DNA of 64,000 nt from Oopsacas minuta (Eukaryota > Animalia > Porifera), in NCBI GenBank assembly GCA_024704765.1, contig JAKMXF010000077.1, positions 325,220 to 389,219 of the forward strand, given 5' to 3'. The notes under the pieces are model-generated. The model saw nothing but the letters and a program-made list of their open reading frames with translations. It did not search any database and was not told where the DNA came from. Numbering within the stretch: the stretch's first letter is position 1; each line of letters opens with the position of its first letter. Below are positions 22,788 through 35,925 of this stretch, piece by piece. Position numbers and translations under genes: made by a program.

Positions 22788-24170
22788 GATACTAAAGCTT
22801 ACAGCTGAACGCTTGATTTCAACGTCAGTGCCAATTTCTATCTCACAATATCCGTTGAAAGTTAAGATATCAGATGGATTAGATGGTTCCGGATCTCATC
22901 GCACCTATAACCAACAAAATAATAACCCTATCTTTAGTACTAAATGTTTCATCTTATTTGGATCCAAAATATTATCAATAGCATATACTTGGAAGCAACG
23001 TCTTCTACAACCATTCTCCTAACTCCCTCTTTTCTTTAGTCCGTTGCGTTAATAGCATTGAAAGAAGATTATAATCATTTTCATTTTCTCATGGATAATA
23101 TTGTCAATCCCCACCAACCAAATATTGGTGAACGGATTATCCCTATAGGAGGAGATGTACAATATAATATTGTCCCTTTTCTCTTTGACACCAAAATGGT
23201 TATACTGTTAGATGGCGGTGGAGGAGCTTCTCGTGATCTATGTACCGCATCTGATGAAGAAATTAAAAGCATTAACTGGATTCATTCTGGATTCCCCAGT
23301 AACAGGTCAATTAACGATGCTAGACAATACTTTAATGATGTTAATGAGAATGTCTTCCTCAAACACCCAACCAAACAACGCTTAGGTATCGTAAACCCAC
23401 ATCTTACATAAATATAATAGCTGCCTCCCCTTTACATCCCTACCTATGTGTCCTCTGGTGTTATATGTTGTTAATATACCATCTTGATCCGGGTCACAAG
23501 GTATGGTCACCACCTAATCACAAAGTTCATCCATCTATGAGGAGGATTCGAGCAATTCCCCTAAAGAGGTGTAGTTTCAGTGTGGCTATTCCTTCAAGTT
23601 AGGGCGGTACATCTACTACTAGGAACATTTCACGTGATTCCTTTTTGGATAAGTGAGACTTTTGATAATGAGCGATTTCTTCGGTTAATCCATTGATAAA
23701 CCCTCATTAGTGAAGATCCAGAATAATCTACCCGTAGTGTTAAGACTTATGAACAGCGGTAACTTCCTCAATTGCACCAAAATTGAAGAATTATGTAATT
23801 AAACGTATGAATACATCCTAGTTGCAGATTTCATGGGCTAACATCCCCCTATTTACACGAGCTACATTCCCATTCTTTCAAGATTTTTGGAAAATGTAAT
23901 AATGTCAGGGGATTGCAGAATCTATCAGAAGAATGTTTAGAAGCTTTTTATATGTTTGCGAGGCGGTATCAGGAAAATAGTGCAGAAAAACATCATTCTC
24001 TGACAATGTACAAGATATTCTAGTTCACTTTCTGAGCTGTAGTGATCTCCAATCATTGCAGAATCATTTTACATCCACAAAGACGAGAAATTCTAGTACA
24101 AATGATCCTAATACCCCACAAGATATCTTACACAATAGCATAGTATTGGAGGATGATAATGAATCAAAGA
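22788..24170 (+). pseudogene. RAG1/Transib-like transposase catalytic core, frameshifted
   Basis: In order: LKVKISDGLDGSGSHRTYNQ (first D near 22882), LFDTKM (second D near 23187), RLGI, ASPLH (near 23426), GGTSTTRNISRD (near 23603), P.LHELHSHS, LSEECLEA (near 23925), RRYQE, then D..V...SD. These match RAG1 D600, D708, the Zn ligands and E962 and the equivalent Transib motifs. Confidence 0.85.
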
Positions 24171-24354
24171 AAATTAGAGGTTGAGTATATATGACAAAAC
24201 ATTGAAGTGATACTCGGTAACATACAAATTGATCAGTACAATATAATCGGCAAAAAAAATTGATATTGAATAGAAATGAAAGAATTTGATTGGTTTGTAG
24301 TCATTTTTTGGTATTGGCTGAAATGATCTAAGTTCGTTTTACAAGGCATATGAG

Positions 24355-24417
24355 CCGCACTGAAATCTTTGGCAGGCCGGACTCTGGACCACAGGCCGTG
24401 GTTACAAACCCCCTGAT
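24355..24417. mobile_element. Isolated hAT-type terminus
   Basis: gcactgaaatctttggcaggccggactctggaccacaggccgtggttacaaaccccctg resembles hAT subterminal/TIR ends. The flank atctacac fits NNNTANNN. No partner end found. Confidence 0.45.
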
Positions 24418-24489
24418 CTACACCAATATTGTATCACACTGAATGATTTGAATTATTTATGTTAAATTCGTTTCCGTTTATATTCATAA

Positions 24490-24670
24490 TGCATACCAAT
24501 CAATCAATTAAATCCATTCCAATGTTAAAATCATTTTGTTCATTCATATTTAGTTTCAAATTTAGCTTGAGATCATTCAATTTTATTTAATCAAAGTCAA
24601 TTCTATACAATTCAAATCAAATCAAATTAAATCAAACAAAATCAATTCAAATTTCAAGTTCATTCAAATC
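24490..24670. repeat. Low-complexity AAATC/ATTCA-rich decayed microsatellite
   Basis: Repeated aatc/attc units, for example caattcaaatcaaatcaaattaaatcaaacaaaatcaattcaaat. Confidence 0.7.
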
Positions 24671-24789
24671 TTTCGAATAACAATCAAGGACAACATTCAG
24701 ATCAATGAATTCGTTATTTGGGGTTAGCCAACTCAATTATGTCAAAAAATACATTTTTCAGATCAAAATGGATAGACCACAATCTTGAT

Positions 24790-25300
24790 CTAAACTTCCA
24801 ACCTCGAAAATATAACAAAGCAAAGATTTGTATATTATATCACCAATAGTCCATCCAAATTCAGTGGCCTTATGTGGTAGCATTGGAGCCGTTACGTGGC
24901 TTTTGGTTAATAATCTGGTCATTTCGCGTATAAATTATTATCACATTCTCAGAATACAAAATTTAGGAAATTAGGATTATTTAGTATGGCCATGTTAACA
25001 TAATAATTTCATGATGAGAAAGTGACGTGGCCCCTGTAATGGGAACGGAATATTCCTCTGGAAGTAGATGTAATAATCGGACATAATCCAGGTTTTTAGC
25101 TAATGTGTTTCTGGAATAAGTTTTCCGAAATTTAAACACCATAATTCCATGGATTGAACGTTTTACATCGATGCCATTGTAAAGTCTAGGGTCTATAGCA
25201 TCGTTCTGATTGCTGATTCTTACTAATTTCCCGCGATGAAAATGTATTGAAAGTACCGGGACAAAGGCAGGGTTCATTTTCCAGCAATGGCTAATTTCAA
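24790..25300 (-). pseudogene. Possible Academ-like (XPG-domain C-terminal) relic
   Basis: SIHFHRGK, RLYNGIDVK and a downstream EFGW resemble the order S.F..KGK / LY / P..GW seen in the 56-57 kb relic. Weak. Confidence 0.3.
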
Positions 25301-25864
25301 ATTTTGCTTATTTACTGGTAAAATACTTTATAAAGACTTTAAATATCTTATCAACTATGAAGGTGATAGATATAATTCATGAGCTATTGACTAGTCTCCT
25401 AGTTTCCACCTGTAAAATATCAGTATTGCTCCCAAAATGTGAAGGTGAGAATTTTGATATTATGCAACTAACAAAACCACATTGTCTATCGTACAAACAC
25501 TATTCTTGTGGATAAATGACCGAAAAAGAATGCTAAGAGATTAGAAACCAAAATGAGATATACTAGTATTGATGTTCCACGTTACATGCAAACAATCCAT
25601 GTTGTTAAAATTTGATATACTCGCATTAGAATGTCAAATGATCATGTTCTTTTTGGTCAATATGTACATTTTGTTTAAATAAGTTCACCGTACTTAGTTA
25701 TTTTTAAACTCACTCATTCTAAAATTCTAAATAGTCAAAAGTTATGGCCATACAACTCAAAAAGCGTAAAAAAAGGACAGATAGATTGAATATTTGTATA
25801 CTGTGTTTCTAAATTCTGAAATTTATAAGCTCCATTTTGTTATATCTTGTGATATGCTATCAGG

Positions 25865-26390
25865 TGAACCAATAAACCAAGTAAATTCAAACAACACTTG
25901 GAATCTCGTCATACCGAGTATTTAGATAAGGATCCTTCATTTTTCAAATAAACCAGATTTTTAAGACGATCAAAACTGGATACACAGGTGCTTATCTCCA
26001 GCAATCATCTGCTCGTATTGAAGCTTCATATGCAGTTTCGTTGAATTGCGAGAGCAGGGAAACTTTACATCATTTGAAAAGATCTCATCCTCCTTTGTTC
26101 GAAAAATATGGTCCGAATTGTTTTGGGCGATGAGTATGCTAAGAAGGTATTATCAATTCCCTATCGAAAAACTGTTCATAGACTTACTTATGAAATGTCA
26201 AACAGTATTTTGATATCAGTTGTTAAACTGTTAAAACTCTAGTACTTGTAAATTTTGCTCATTACAACTATTAAGAATGGAATTGAGTTGAAGAATATGT
26301 GGGGAATTTGCACCGATGGTACACCAGCAATGCTGGATCACGTCCTGGTATCTCAAAGATTGTCAAATACATTTGAACATGATATCTCTG
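25865..26390 (+). pseudogene. hAT Buster-family (ZBED5/ZBED8-like) transposase fragment
   Basis: KPSKFKQHLESRH, EASYAVSL and KNMWGICTDGTPAML motifs, with frameshifts and an internal deletion. Confidence 0.8.
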
Positions 26391-27544
26391 AGAACTCTTG
26401 TTTAACTCTTGTTCATGACAAAATATGGGCAAATTCAAGATTAAATCACAACGGTTAGAGAAATCGCATTAGCATGTGTTTTAAGGGTACGAGAAGTTGG
26501 GTATGTATTGTATAATTGCTGGACAAAATTGACTAAAACTCTCGCCAACACTTTTATAATGCGTAATCGTATCAAAATGCCAATTCCCGATGTGACCTTA
26601 TGATGTGGAGCCTACTTTATTAAAATATGTACAGGGTCAGACACTGACAATGAGTATCTATTGAATCGTCTTAACGATAGTTTACTATATATAATCAATG
26701 TGAATGGTGGGATGATACACTCATTCTCAATAGAATTGCCTTAACGATACTCTAGTGAGCTGTATAGTGTTATTATTTACATCTATTCACGAATATAGGA
26801 AATTCCAGAAAAATTGTATGACCAATAAACTGGTAGTGGAGCGTGGGGTCCATTTTGAACCGATTGACCGTGAAACGATATGTAAGTATCATTTTGAATT
26901 TCTTCGTTCATAAAAAACGTACCTAACGCTACCAAGGGGAGGGATAGTATGCGAAATGTGACAGCACCAGCTTATTGTAGTATAAAACAGTAACAAAAAT
27001 GACACAGGGAGGGTGTCAGTGTGCCAAAATCGCTATAATGGCGTATTAGGGTGACCATTATAACTATGTATTTTTATGGGGTCTCTATAGTAAATCGACA
27101 ACGTGAATTTCAGAAATTTTATTTAAATTTTCGGTAGTACCACCACAATTGGGAATATGACTTTATTTTAGTGATTTTACTATTTTAACACTCATGGTTG
27201 AATAATATAATTTGCTATTTCTTTTATTGAATTTATGGTATCAAGTAAAGTTTTCTAATTGATTAATTATATCATATATATATATATAATACTAGCTATT
27301 ATATAATAATGAACCAGGGTTATAGTTTTCCACTTACAAAAATATTTGAGGGGATTATACCTTGTGGAAATACCATTACTTGGATACACATCGCGTCGCT
27401 TTTCACGTATTTTCCATCTTAAACGGCAATTGATTATATTTAACAATAATTTATATGATTTCCAAATATAACATAATTAGCATAATTCCCTCAACATTAT
27501 ATCTATTTTCATATTTGTGATATATTCACAAACTTAAACAATTA

Positions 27545-29359
27545 TGGCTGCTCGGATGACCATATGTCGACTTTTCAAAGGATCTTGATGAAGATTATTC
27601 TGTAATGAGCACAATGTTGTCATCTTGTGCCTGATAGGTCAAGAGAAAATAGCGGTTTAAATGAATACAATGTCAACATTATGCAATGAGACATGCTCAA
27701 CGGTCATATGAGAATTAACCGAATCAACACGCTGAAATGGAACATGATCGGTCAGCTATTAATAACAGAAGCAATAGCGCTAGGGAAAACATTATATGAT
27801 TGAGAATTTGTGAAAGACTGTTTGGACATATTTACATCTGTAATATGTCCTGGCAAATGGTTGATTGCAAAGATAACTAGCCTTTCATCTCTTTCCTAGA
27901 AGAGTGGAAGATCTAGAAACCAATATTCAAAATACTTTAATCAAGGGACTTGGTGCCTGTCAATTATATAGTATAGCCATCGATGAAAGCACAGATGTGT
28001 GTAATACAACTCAACTCGCAATATTTATAAGAGGAGAAATCACAGGTTTTGAAATCGTGGAAGAACAGCTCGACCTATGTCCGATGAAAGGCACAACAAC
28101 AAGACAAGACATTTTCGACGAAGCAAAATATGTAATGATGAAATTCAATCTAAGCCCAAACTATCTTTGTGGTATAACAACTGCTGGTGCCATTGCAATG
28201 ATAAGAAAATATAAATGATCAACTAGTCTAATACATAAAAAATATATATCTCATGAAGCCATTACACATCACTGCATCATTCACCAAAAACAACTGTGTG
28301 CAAAAACTCTGGAGATGAAATATGTGATGGGAAAAGTTGTTCTTACAGTCAATTTCATTAGATCTAAGGGGCTCAATCACAGAAAATTACAGGAATTTCT
28401 TACACAAGTAGGATCTGACCACGACGATGTTGTTAATTTCAGCCATGTTCACTAGCTAAGTAGAGCGGCCAACTTGCCACATTCTATACCCTAATTGAAG
28501 AAATTAAATCCTTGATGAAGATCAAAGAATAGAATGTAAGTTATCGAAGATCATAAATGGTTGAAATTCTTAGCATTTCTAATTGATATACAAATGAATT
28601 TGCGGAACTTAATCTGAACCTACAAGGAAAGGATCAATGTGTCATTAAACTGTAAATGCATGACAAGTGTTCATTCAAAAATTAGAATGAATTCATACAC
28701 AGTTGATTAACTAGAAAGTTGCACATTTCACAACTCTATCTACCAGAGATGGAACGCTAGTGAAGTGTGAATGTATTGTGCTCTCATTAGAATTCTAGTA
28801 ACGAATTTGAACAAAGGATTAGGGAACACAATGAATGAACTCAAACTGTTTTCCGAAACATTTAGGATTGATGTCAATGATGCTCATGCCATGTGCCAAT
28901 TGGATCTAATTGACATTCAAAGTGACAGTGATTTGAAGAGGGCTTTCGTTGAATTTTATTTTCAAACATTTCATTGTAAATATGTTACCTCAGCATCCTT
29001 TCCAAATATCCTGCAATTTGCACTGCGTTTCATTGCGCTATGAGGCAGTTCACATTGCTGCGGAAGTTTTTCCCAGGAATGAAAAGCTTAAAACAAATCC
29101 GAGATTTAAAATGACAAACGAACATTGTTTTTGGAATACTTCGCATCGCAGCATTTAATGTACTAGCAAACATTGACCACTTGTGCAAGCAAAAGCAATG
29201 TAAAACATAACGCTAAATTTCAAGAGTAGAGTAAATACAGCTATAATTGAACTTTTATTTACTTAATTCCAAATAATAACAATTCAAATTCATTCATCGG
29301 AACTTTATGCAAAATAAAGTCGGAATGTGGCCCCTTTTCGAAAAGGTTGGAAGCCACTG
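27545..29359 (+). mobile_element. hAT element, GTF2IRD2/EPM2AIP1-like transposase pseudogene with 3' end
   Basis: [54 protein letters not shown] and a C-terminal dimerisation region. The 3' terminus aaaaggttggaagccactg ends at 29359. Confidence 0.88.
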
Positions 29360-32300
29360 GTCCAGATATACCCCGTCATGTATCGACCAAAAACACTGAG
29401 AAATTTGCTGTTTCAAAATTAAGCCCAACCCGAGGTATCAAGATATTACGCTGCAGCCAAGCAAGCTTAGCGCTAGTAATAAAATTTGAAGGTAGAATTC
29501 CTCATTGGGAAGGCTAAGCTCCTATCAGCACCCCTGTTCTCGCCCCTAGGCCCTAATTCAGGGCTATCGCACAACCTTAAAAATGTGTTTCTGCCAAAAA
29601 TGGGGCTTCGTAATGAAAGCTATATATTACAGCATCAATATAATTAATTATTCAGGCATTTCACAAACAGCCGGAGCATATATTACATTGATGGGGCCAA
29701 AATTGGATTACAAAATAATTAAATTCTGTCATTCAGTAATAGAGTCGCCGTCTACAATTTCTATCATTTGTGGGAGGGTAAATTATTACTTTACTCCATT
29801 TAACATAAGTAGGCATAAATATAACTTTTCACAACAATAACATTTTGAATCCAGGGCATGTACATGAAGCATCTCAAAGAGAGAGGGAAGGAATTCCTCA
29901 GAAATAGCAAAAACATTAATGCAAACTTACAAGGGCAATAACTATTCCCTTGTAATTATTTACATATAAATTTCAATTACTTTTATGTAATCCAATTACA
30001 ATTATATATAATTTGTTAAATACAGTAGGCCAATGCAAAATCTATATATGTCAAGCAAAACTGAAATTTAGCGATAAACTAGTATAAAGGTTTTCAGTTT
30101 ATATAAGTTCAATGAATAACTTCTGTGATGAGAGTAATACAAAGATAATAGCAGAAAGAGATATACAGTTGAGAGAAGCCAACCTCAATGTTATCATCTG
30201 TACACAACATTACGACATGAGAGATTTCATAGTCTGCAATCAAAGTCCAGAAATCAAACAGAGTAGAATGAATAGGTGTTTGTGCAATAATATAAGCATG
30301 CTTTAGTTGATAGCCCTAATGAAAATCGAAAAGTAATTATATACACGAAATTATTGTAGAAGCATTTAAGAAATTAGGCATAATAAGAATTCGAAAGATT
30401 AAAATGTAAACAAAGGAATTCAAATACAGCTTAAAATTCCATTATTCAAAAAGCTGCATTGGATTGCTTTGAAAATAAAACAAGATCGTACTATTAGGCA
30501 CCAAATATAAAATTTGCTGGCTCAGTTCGACTCTAAACAAATTTTGAATTCGTGGAGCACTGACATTTACGTGTATAGTTTTAATATCACTAAATGATAA
30601 TATTAGCAAATAACGTCCTGAATTATGGTATCCCCACGCATTGAACACTGTAAGTTTGTAGATAAGTACCTTAAATTAAATATAGCTGAAACTTTTTTAA
30701 AGAAATTCAAGGTCCATCAGAAATCACTTTCATGGTTCCTAAGGAAACAACGGAGCCGCTTTATTATTTGCATATTGAATTCTGCACTTCTTATGGCCAT
30801 AAAAATTTAACAATTTCGGAATTTGGAAAAGTCAAATAATTACAATAATGTTGACGAAATTATTACTTGATGAGTTGTATTCGAGATAATTATGATGCTG
30901 TGAGATTGACATTCTTAGGGATACTCATGTTTTAAAGTTTACAATCCAACAGGTATATTGCATACACAGAGTACCTAAGGGGATTTCGAACATAAAAACT
31001 GTGGCAATTCCTTGTTATTTCCATCATAGGTGCGAATTCTCTTCAAAGACTCGAACCAAGCCAACCCCAAAATTCTATGTAGAAACTCAGCTTAGGGTCT
31101 TCCAGTTTCTTTAGGAGTTTCTGGATAAATTATCATATATGGTAATCTAACTTCTAAGAAATATATGGCCATGTCAAAGGTAAATAAGTTGAGCGAGGAT
31201 ATGAGACCAGGATGTAGAATGCATCGGGTGATGAATACTTCAGAAACCATATATTTTCCACTAGAATAGTATAGTTTTTGCAGAAAACCAAAAAGCAAAA
31301 ATACTATGCTAAAATTTCAAAACATAAGCTGGTAATGATAAATTTGTTAAAAACACCGAGACTGGACAAGTATGAGTCTTGGGAGAAAAATAAACCTATG
31401 ACGGAAGTAAAAGTACTTGTCATTCTGTTTGATTTACTGAAAATCGACTTAAGGACAACTTCAGATCCAATATAAATGTTAGATTGTTGAAATACTAAAC
31501 ATATATATCTCTTAATGTGCAAAACGACCCTGCGTCTCGATTTAGGCAAAATGTGAAATTATCATGTAAGAATTATAATCTCAGTCATTAGGTTACAAAA
31601 ACCTAGAAATTTCGGATATTTAGAGATTCGCTAAATACACTATGCGCCGAGTATTGAAATAGGAAAAATGAAACCTCGGTCCCAGTGTGACCATAAAACC
31701 CCATTAAATGTAATTTTGTTGGCCATAGAATTAAATTCCCAATTCGCAGTGTTGGATATGCAGTCGCGTAGCGGCATAAAGAAATATAATAAATATTTAG
31801 CTGTTTTACTCAAGTCTTTAAAATTGTTGGCAAATCAGAATAGCTAATTAGAGTTTATACTCGACCTATCATACGAAATATTCCATTTATTTGATACCTC
31901 TGAAGCTTAATGCGAAATCCAAATTGTGGCCATTCATGGTTAGATTCAGGAGTACGAAATATTATTACTTGTGTTGATATCAAATGCATTATAAGGTTAT
32001 CGCCCCTATGGATGTAGGTATAAAGTGTAAATAGGCTATAACAACTTGACAGTAACTCTCACAATTATATTGAGATTATTTGATATACGATATACTTATA
32101 AATGTGTTTTCTTGGTCCCTACAATAACTCAAGTATTACATAACTTAGCCACTGACTTCTAGTTGTCAGATTTCACAAATATCATTCGTTTGAAGAAAGT
32201 TAGTGGTGTATCCTATAATAAGATCATAGATTTAGAAACACCGTAAAAAAGAATAAACTACGATTATGTAATCTCCAAAGCCATTGAAATGTAACACAAT

Positions 32301-33134
32301 GTTATTCCAAAAGTATATGAGATAATTAAATAATTTTCCACCTAACCAAACTAGGAGCATTCAAAAATAATAAGATTGACTGGGAGACAACCAGGGCTGA
32401 TTTTGACATACAGGGGTACTTTGGGCCTGGTGCGAACATGTTTGAGTCTTAAATTGATTATGACGTCAAAACGAAATTACTTTGATTTTTCAGCAAGATA
32501 AATACTTGAGAAGCTTCACATTCAATCCCGCTAATGAAAATACATGTTCTTATACACAGATTCAATGACAGAAGTTGAGGGACATCGTGTGAAATAGCCA
32601 TTGATGCATGATGTCAGCATCAAGAGGGAATACCCAGAGTTCCGGGAGAACTAATGGTAGACCACTGGCCAAGGCTGACTAAGATTCCCGGGTACCCAAA
32701 TTGTTTACATCTCTTATGCCACATCCCAGTCAGTCAAAGAGGAAATACTTGTTACAGTCTCAATGTTGATGACCATACTAAAACTGGATTCACATTAATA
32801 TATAAATATTCGTCGAATAAATGGAAGGTTTTAGCAAGTATCAAGGGATATGGTATTTTTCGATCCACTCATATTGTGCCTCACTCTTTGATCTGTTGCA
32901 AACTTCCTATATAATTCGATAAAAAGTCCATTCCTCTTGATATAAGTGGTATTTAATTTTCATGCCTATAATTATTAGTTGAAGCAAGTGGCAAGAACAT
33001 GTTAATGCAAAAAGTCCATAGCGATCAGCAATTGGTCCATAAATCTCCTTCATGATACAGATGAAATCTAATCCAGGCTATTGGGTGAGAATTTAGAGTA
33101 TCAATCTTAATATATCTAAAGAAAAACTCCAATA

Positions 33135-33659
33135 TCAACATTTCTCATCATCATATGCACTAACCTTCTTCTTATAAGAGTATACCGTCAATAATGAGAC
33201 AAGCATCCTTGAAATTTTGACGAGCTAACATTGGATCTTCAACAATTGAGCAAGATCTATCACTGCCTTGCTTAGGGCATTACGGGTCAATCCAGTAGGC
33301 ATACACAATCCCGTAAACCAAGAATAGACACATTGTCGAAAACTTGAAAAGGAAAATTATTCTAGATGAAACACGTATAGAAATATATCTTCGTCATTAT
33401 GCATTTCAATGAGTTTTGCAGCTGAACTTGAGGATGTGAGGGGAATTGATTCAATTTTACCATGACTTTCACCTTCATCCTGAATGATCGTGAAGCCATC
33501 ATGCTAGCATAAATCAGGATGTTTTCTTCGTATTTGCGAATATAGCCCTGAAGAACTAGCATCATAATGTTTCAAACAATTTCTGGTTATCAAATGAACT
33601 TCAGAAGGAGTACAAAATTTCCAATTTGCCCATTCATCGGATTCAAATTTTAGAAATGA
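33135..33659 (-). pseudogene. Unidentified decayed coding frame (175 codons, 3 internal stops)
   Basis: One frame reads SFLKFESDEWANWKFCTPSEVHLITRNCLKHY...LC*HDGF...HLE*FSF...KIQC*LVK...KC*. It has far fewer stops than AT-rich non-coding DNA usually shows. No family recognised. Confidence 0.4.
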
Positions 33660-33673
33660 GAAAAGGTCAATAC

Positions 33674-33748
33674 GTTAATAAATCAACAGACCTCATAGCG
33701 CGAGGGGCTTCGAGTCTCTCTAACTGTGAGACCTGTTGATTTATTGAC
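33674..33748. repeat. Short hairpin: 25-bp stem, 25-nt loop
   Basis: gttaataaatcaacagacctcatag pairs with ctgtgagacctgttgatttattgac, with 2 mismatches and 2 G:T pairs. Confidence 0.7.
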
Positions 33749-33780
33749 TATCTGTATAAATAAAAGTTTTAAATGATATA

Positions 33781-34537
33781 CAGTGGAAGCCACTTAATCG
33801 GAACTCGGATAATCGGGATATCCGCATAAACGGGACAATGGTTTGGGAACAGATTTTCACATAAAAAAATCGTCGGATATTGGGGACATTGAATCGGTCA
33901 ATCGTGACGTTTTATCCCGATTAACAGAATATTTGAAAGTTCATAATCGGTTATTAAGGATTCTTATCCCGATTAACCGAATATGAATTATATTCGCTTA
34001 ATTGGGATTTCTATCCGAATTAAACGATTGTATATTTAGTCAGAATCATTGTAAAATGGCATGTTTGAAAACTAGGAATTTGAATAATATCTACAACCAT
34101 AACAATACATCACCGATGCGATTACAATTTACTAAACTCAGATTATTAAAGTTGCTCAATCGACTCAGGTTCAATTGGCTATCCCACCATGTATAATTCC
34201 CTCAATAATGACCAAACTGTTGGATTTACACAAGTTTTGAATGGATTGCAGTAATAAGCAAGTGCACTATTATTTAACTTTATATACTTACTTTCTTAGT
34301 TTATATCATAGTGAATTTTATGACCTCTTGAAGCGGAATTATACCCTAACTACAACCAAATCTCTACTAGAGCCTAGATAATCAGGAGTAGTAGTATAGA
34401 AGTAAGATATATCTGGCATGTGACCATGAAAAACTGGGTTAGAATACTTAAATAATCATAATCGGTTAATGGGGAGAATTGGTTAATCGGGACAAAACAT
34501 TGACTCCCGAGCTGTCCCGATTAACCTGCTTCCATTG
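33781..34537. mobile_element. pogo/Tigger-like non-autonomous element
   Basis: TA|cagtggaagccacttaatcgg ... ccgattaacctgcttccattg|TA. The subterminal motif ccgattaa/ttaatcgg is repeated internally. Confidence 0.75.
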
Positions 34538-35073
34538 TATAGGCTTTTAATAGAAAAACAAAATCAGTTATGGGGAAACTAAGTAGGAAAAGATTCCGCC
34601 CTATAGTATATAATCAACAAAAGTTCAAAAGAAACAAATTTTACACTGCATAAATACATTTCAGATATGATGATAAAACTATTATTCGCAATATTTTAAC
34701 ATATATATTCACAATTATTTCAAACAAAATGATGAAATTGGTTGCAATATAATAATCCAAAAATTGTATAAACTTATAATTTCTAGAATGGACCCTCAAC
34801 AAATTAGAATAACCGATATCTGATATCGCGCCTACATTCATAATTGTATCCTTGTATGAATAGCCTACTACATAAGGGCCATTTCACACTACGTACATAT
34901 TCCATTGTACCAGGATAAGATAAAATCGATTTTCTTAGGCAATAATGATATGAAACTAATCCAGATTCGAATAAATTGTCTTTTTATGTTATATCTATTT
35001 CTTTCTCTGCTAATGCTTGCGATTTACATTTACGTTGTGTTTGTTCTTGATAGTTAGTTCCGACATCTATGTA

Positions 35074-35925
35074 CAGGGTGGCCACTAAGTTCTGTCCCAT
35101 GCTTTGATACAATATCTCATTATTACTAAATAGGATACCACAAGTTAAATACAATAAAATCACCTTAAGAAACAATACATTATATATTTTATAGGTATAA
35201 ACTATTTATTCAACTAATCTTATTCAATAATCTATGGATTGTGAAATAGCTGCGATTGTTGATGTATTTTGTGAAGGAATATCACAAGGCGAAATGTTAA
35301 AATTGCTGAATTTTAGAAAATCTAGGAGAAAGATCATGTATAGAACTATCCTACATTATGAGAGGATGGGCAGGATTCAGTATATGCCCAGAAGTGTTCG
35401 TCCAAAGTCTATCACTAACCTTGGGAAGAAGAAGTTATTTAGGGACCGAGTAGAGAGAAATCCTCTACGATTCATGAGGAAAATGACAGCTGAGGTCCAC
35501 AAATCCAAATGATCCATGCGAAATCTGGTCAAGAATGAATGGGATTTCGGGTCGTATAAAAAGAAGACAGTTCATTTCCTTTCGGAGACTATTAGGCTGA
35601 AGATGCTCCCGAGAAGCAAGGGTCTTCTCACTCGGCTCGAAATTGAAAATATTGACCGGTTTATGTTCTCCAATGAAAAATTGTTCAGTATAGAGCAGGC
35701 TACTGACAATCAAAATGACAGGATAATAGGTCCAAACTCTTCAAACATCCCAGAGAATGTTATGTATGTAGCTAGGATACAAAAACCTCGATCAATTATG
35801 GTATGGGCCGGTATTTCGGCGAATGGACAGACTTCGCTAATATTTGTACCTGAAGGGATTGAGATAAATGCTATAACCTAACGTTTGTTGATCCTTGAAC
35901 CAGTAATTAAACACTTTAGCAGAAC
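35074..35925 (+). mobile_element. maT (DD37D) Tc1/mariner element, 3' truncated
   Basis: TA|cagggtggccactaagttctgtccca TIR. ORFs 35234-35881 contain RNP...RKM, FSNEKLF, QNDR and MVWAGIS. Confidence 0.88.

Noticed and set aside
18400-24420. TIRs and 5-bp TSD for the RAG1/Transib-like element
   Set aside because: Several CAC motifs lie upstream (for example near 18497 and 18504), but I found no matching inverted partner downstream.
24170-25900. RAG2-like convergent gene downstream of the RAG1-like relic
   Set aside because: No kelch or PHD pattern is visible. The interval holds a hAT end, a microsatellite and a possible Academ-like scrap.
29900-31600. Host gene from several 60-85 aa ORFs
   Set aside because: No recognisable motifs, no consistent strand and no convincing exon chain.
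32654-32914. Kelch-like peptide IYKYSSNKWKVLAS as a RAG2/kelch fragment
   Set aside because: A single short match, on the same strand and more than 8 kb from the RAG1-like core, with no further repeats.
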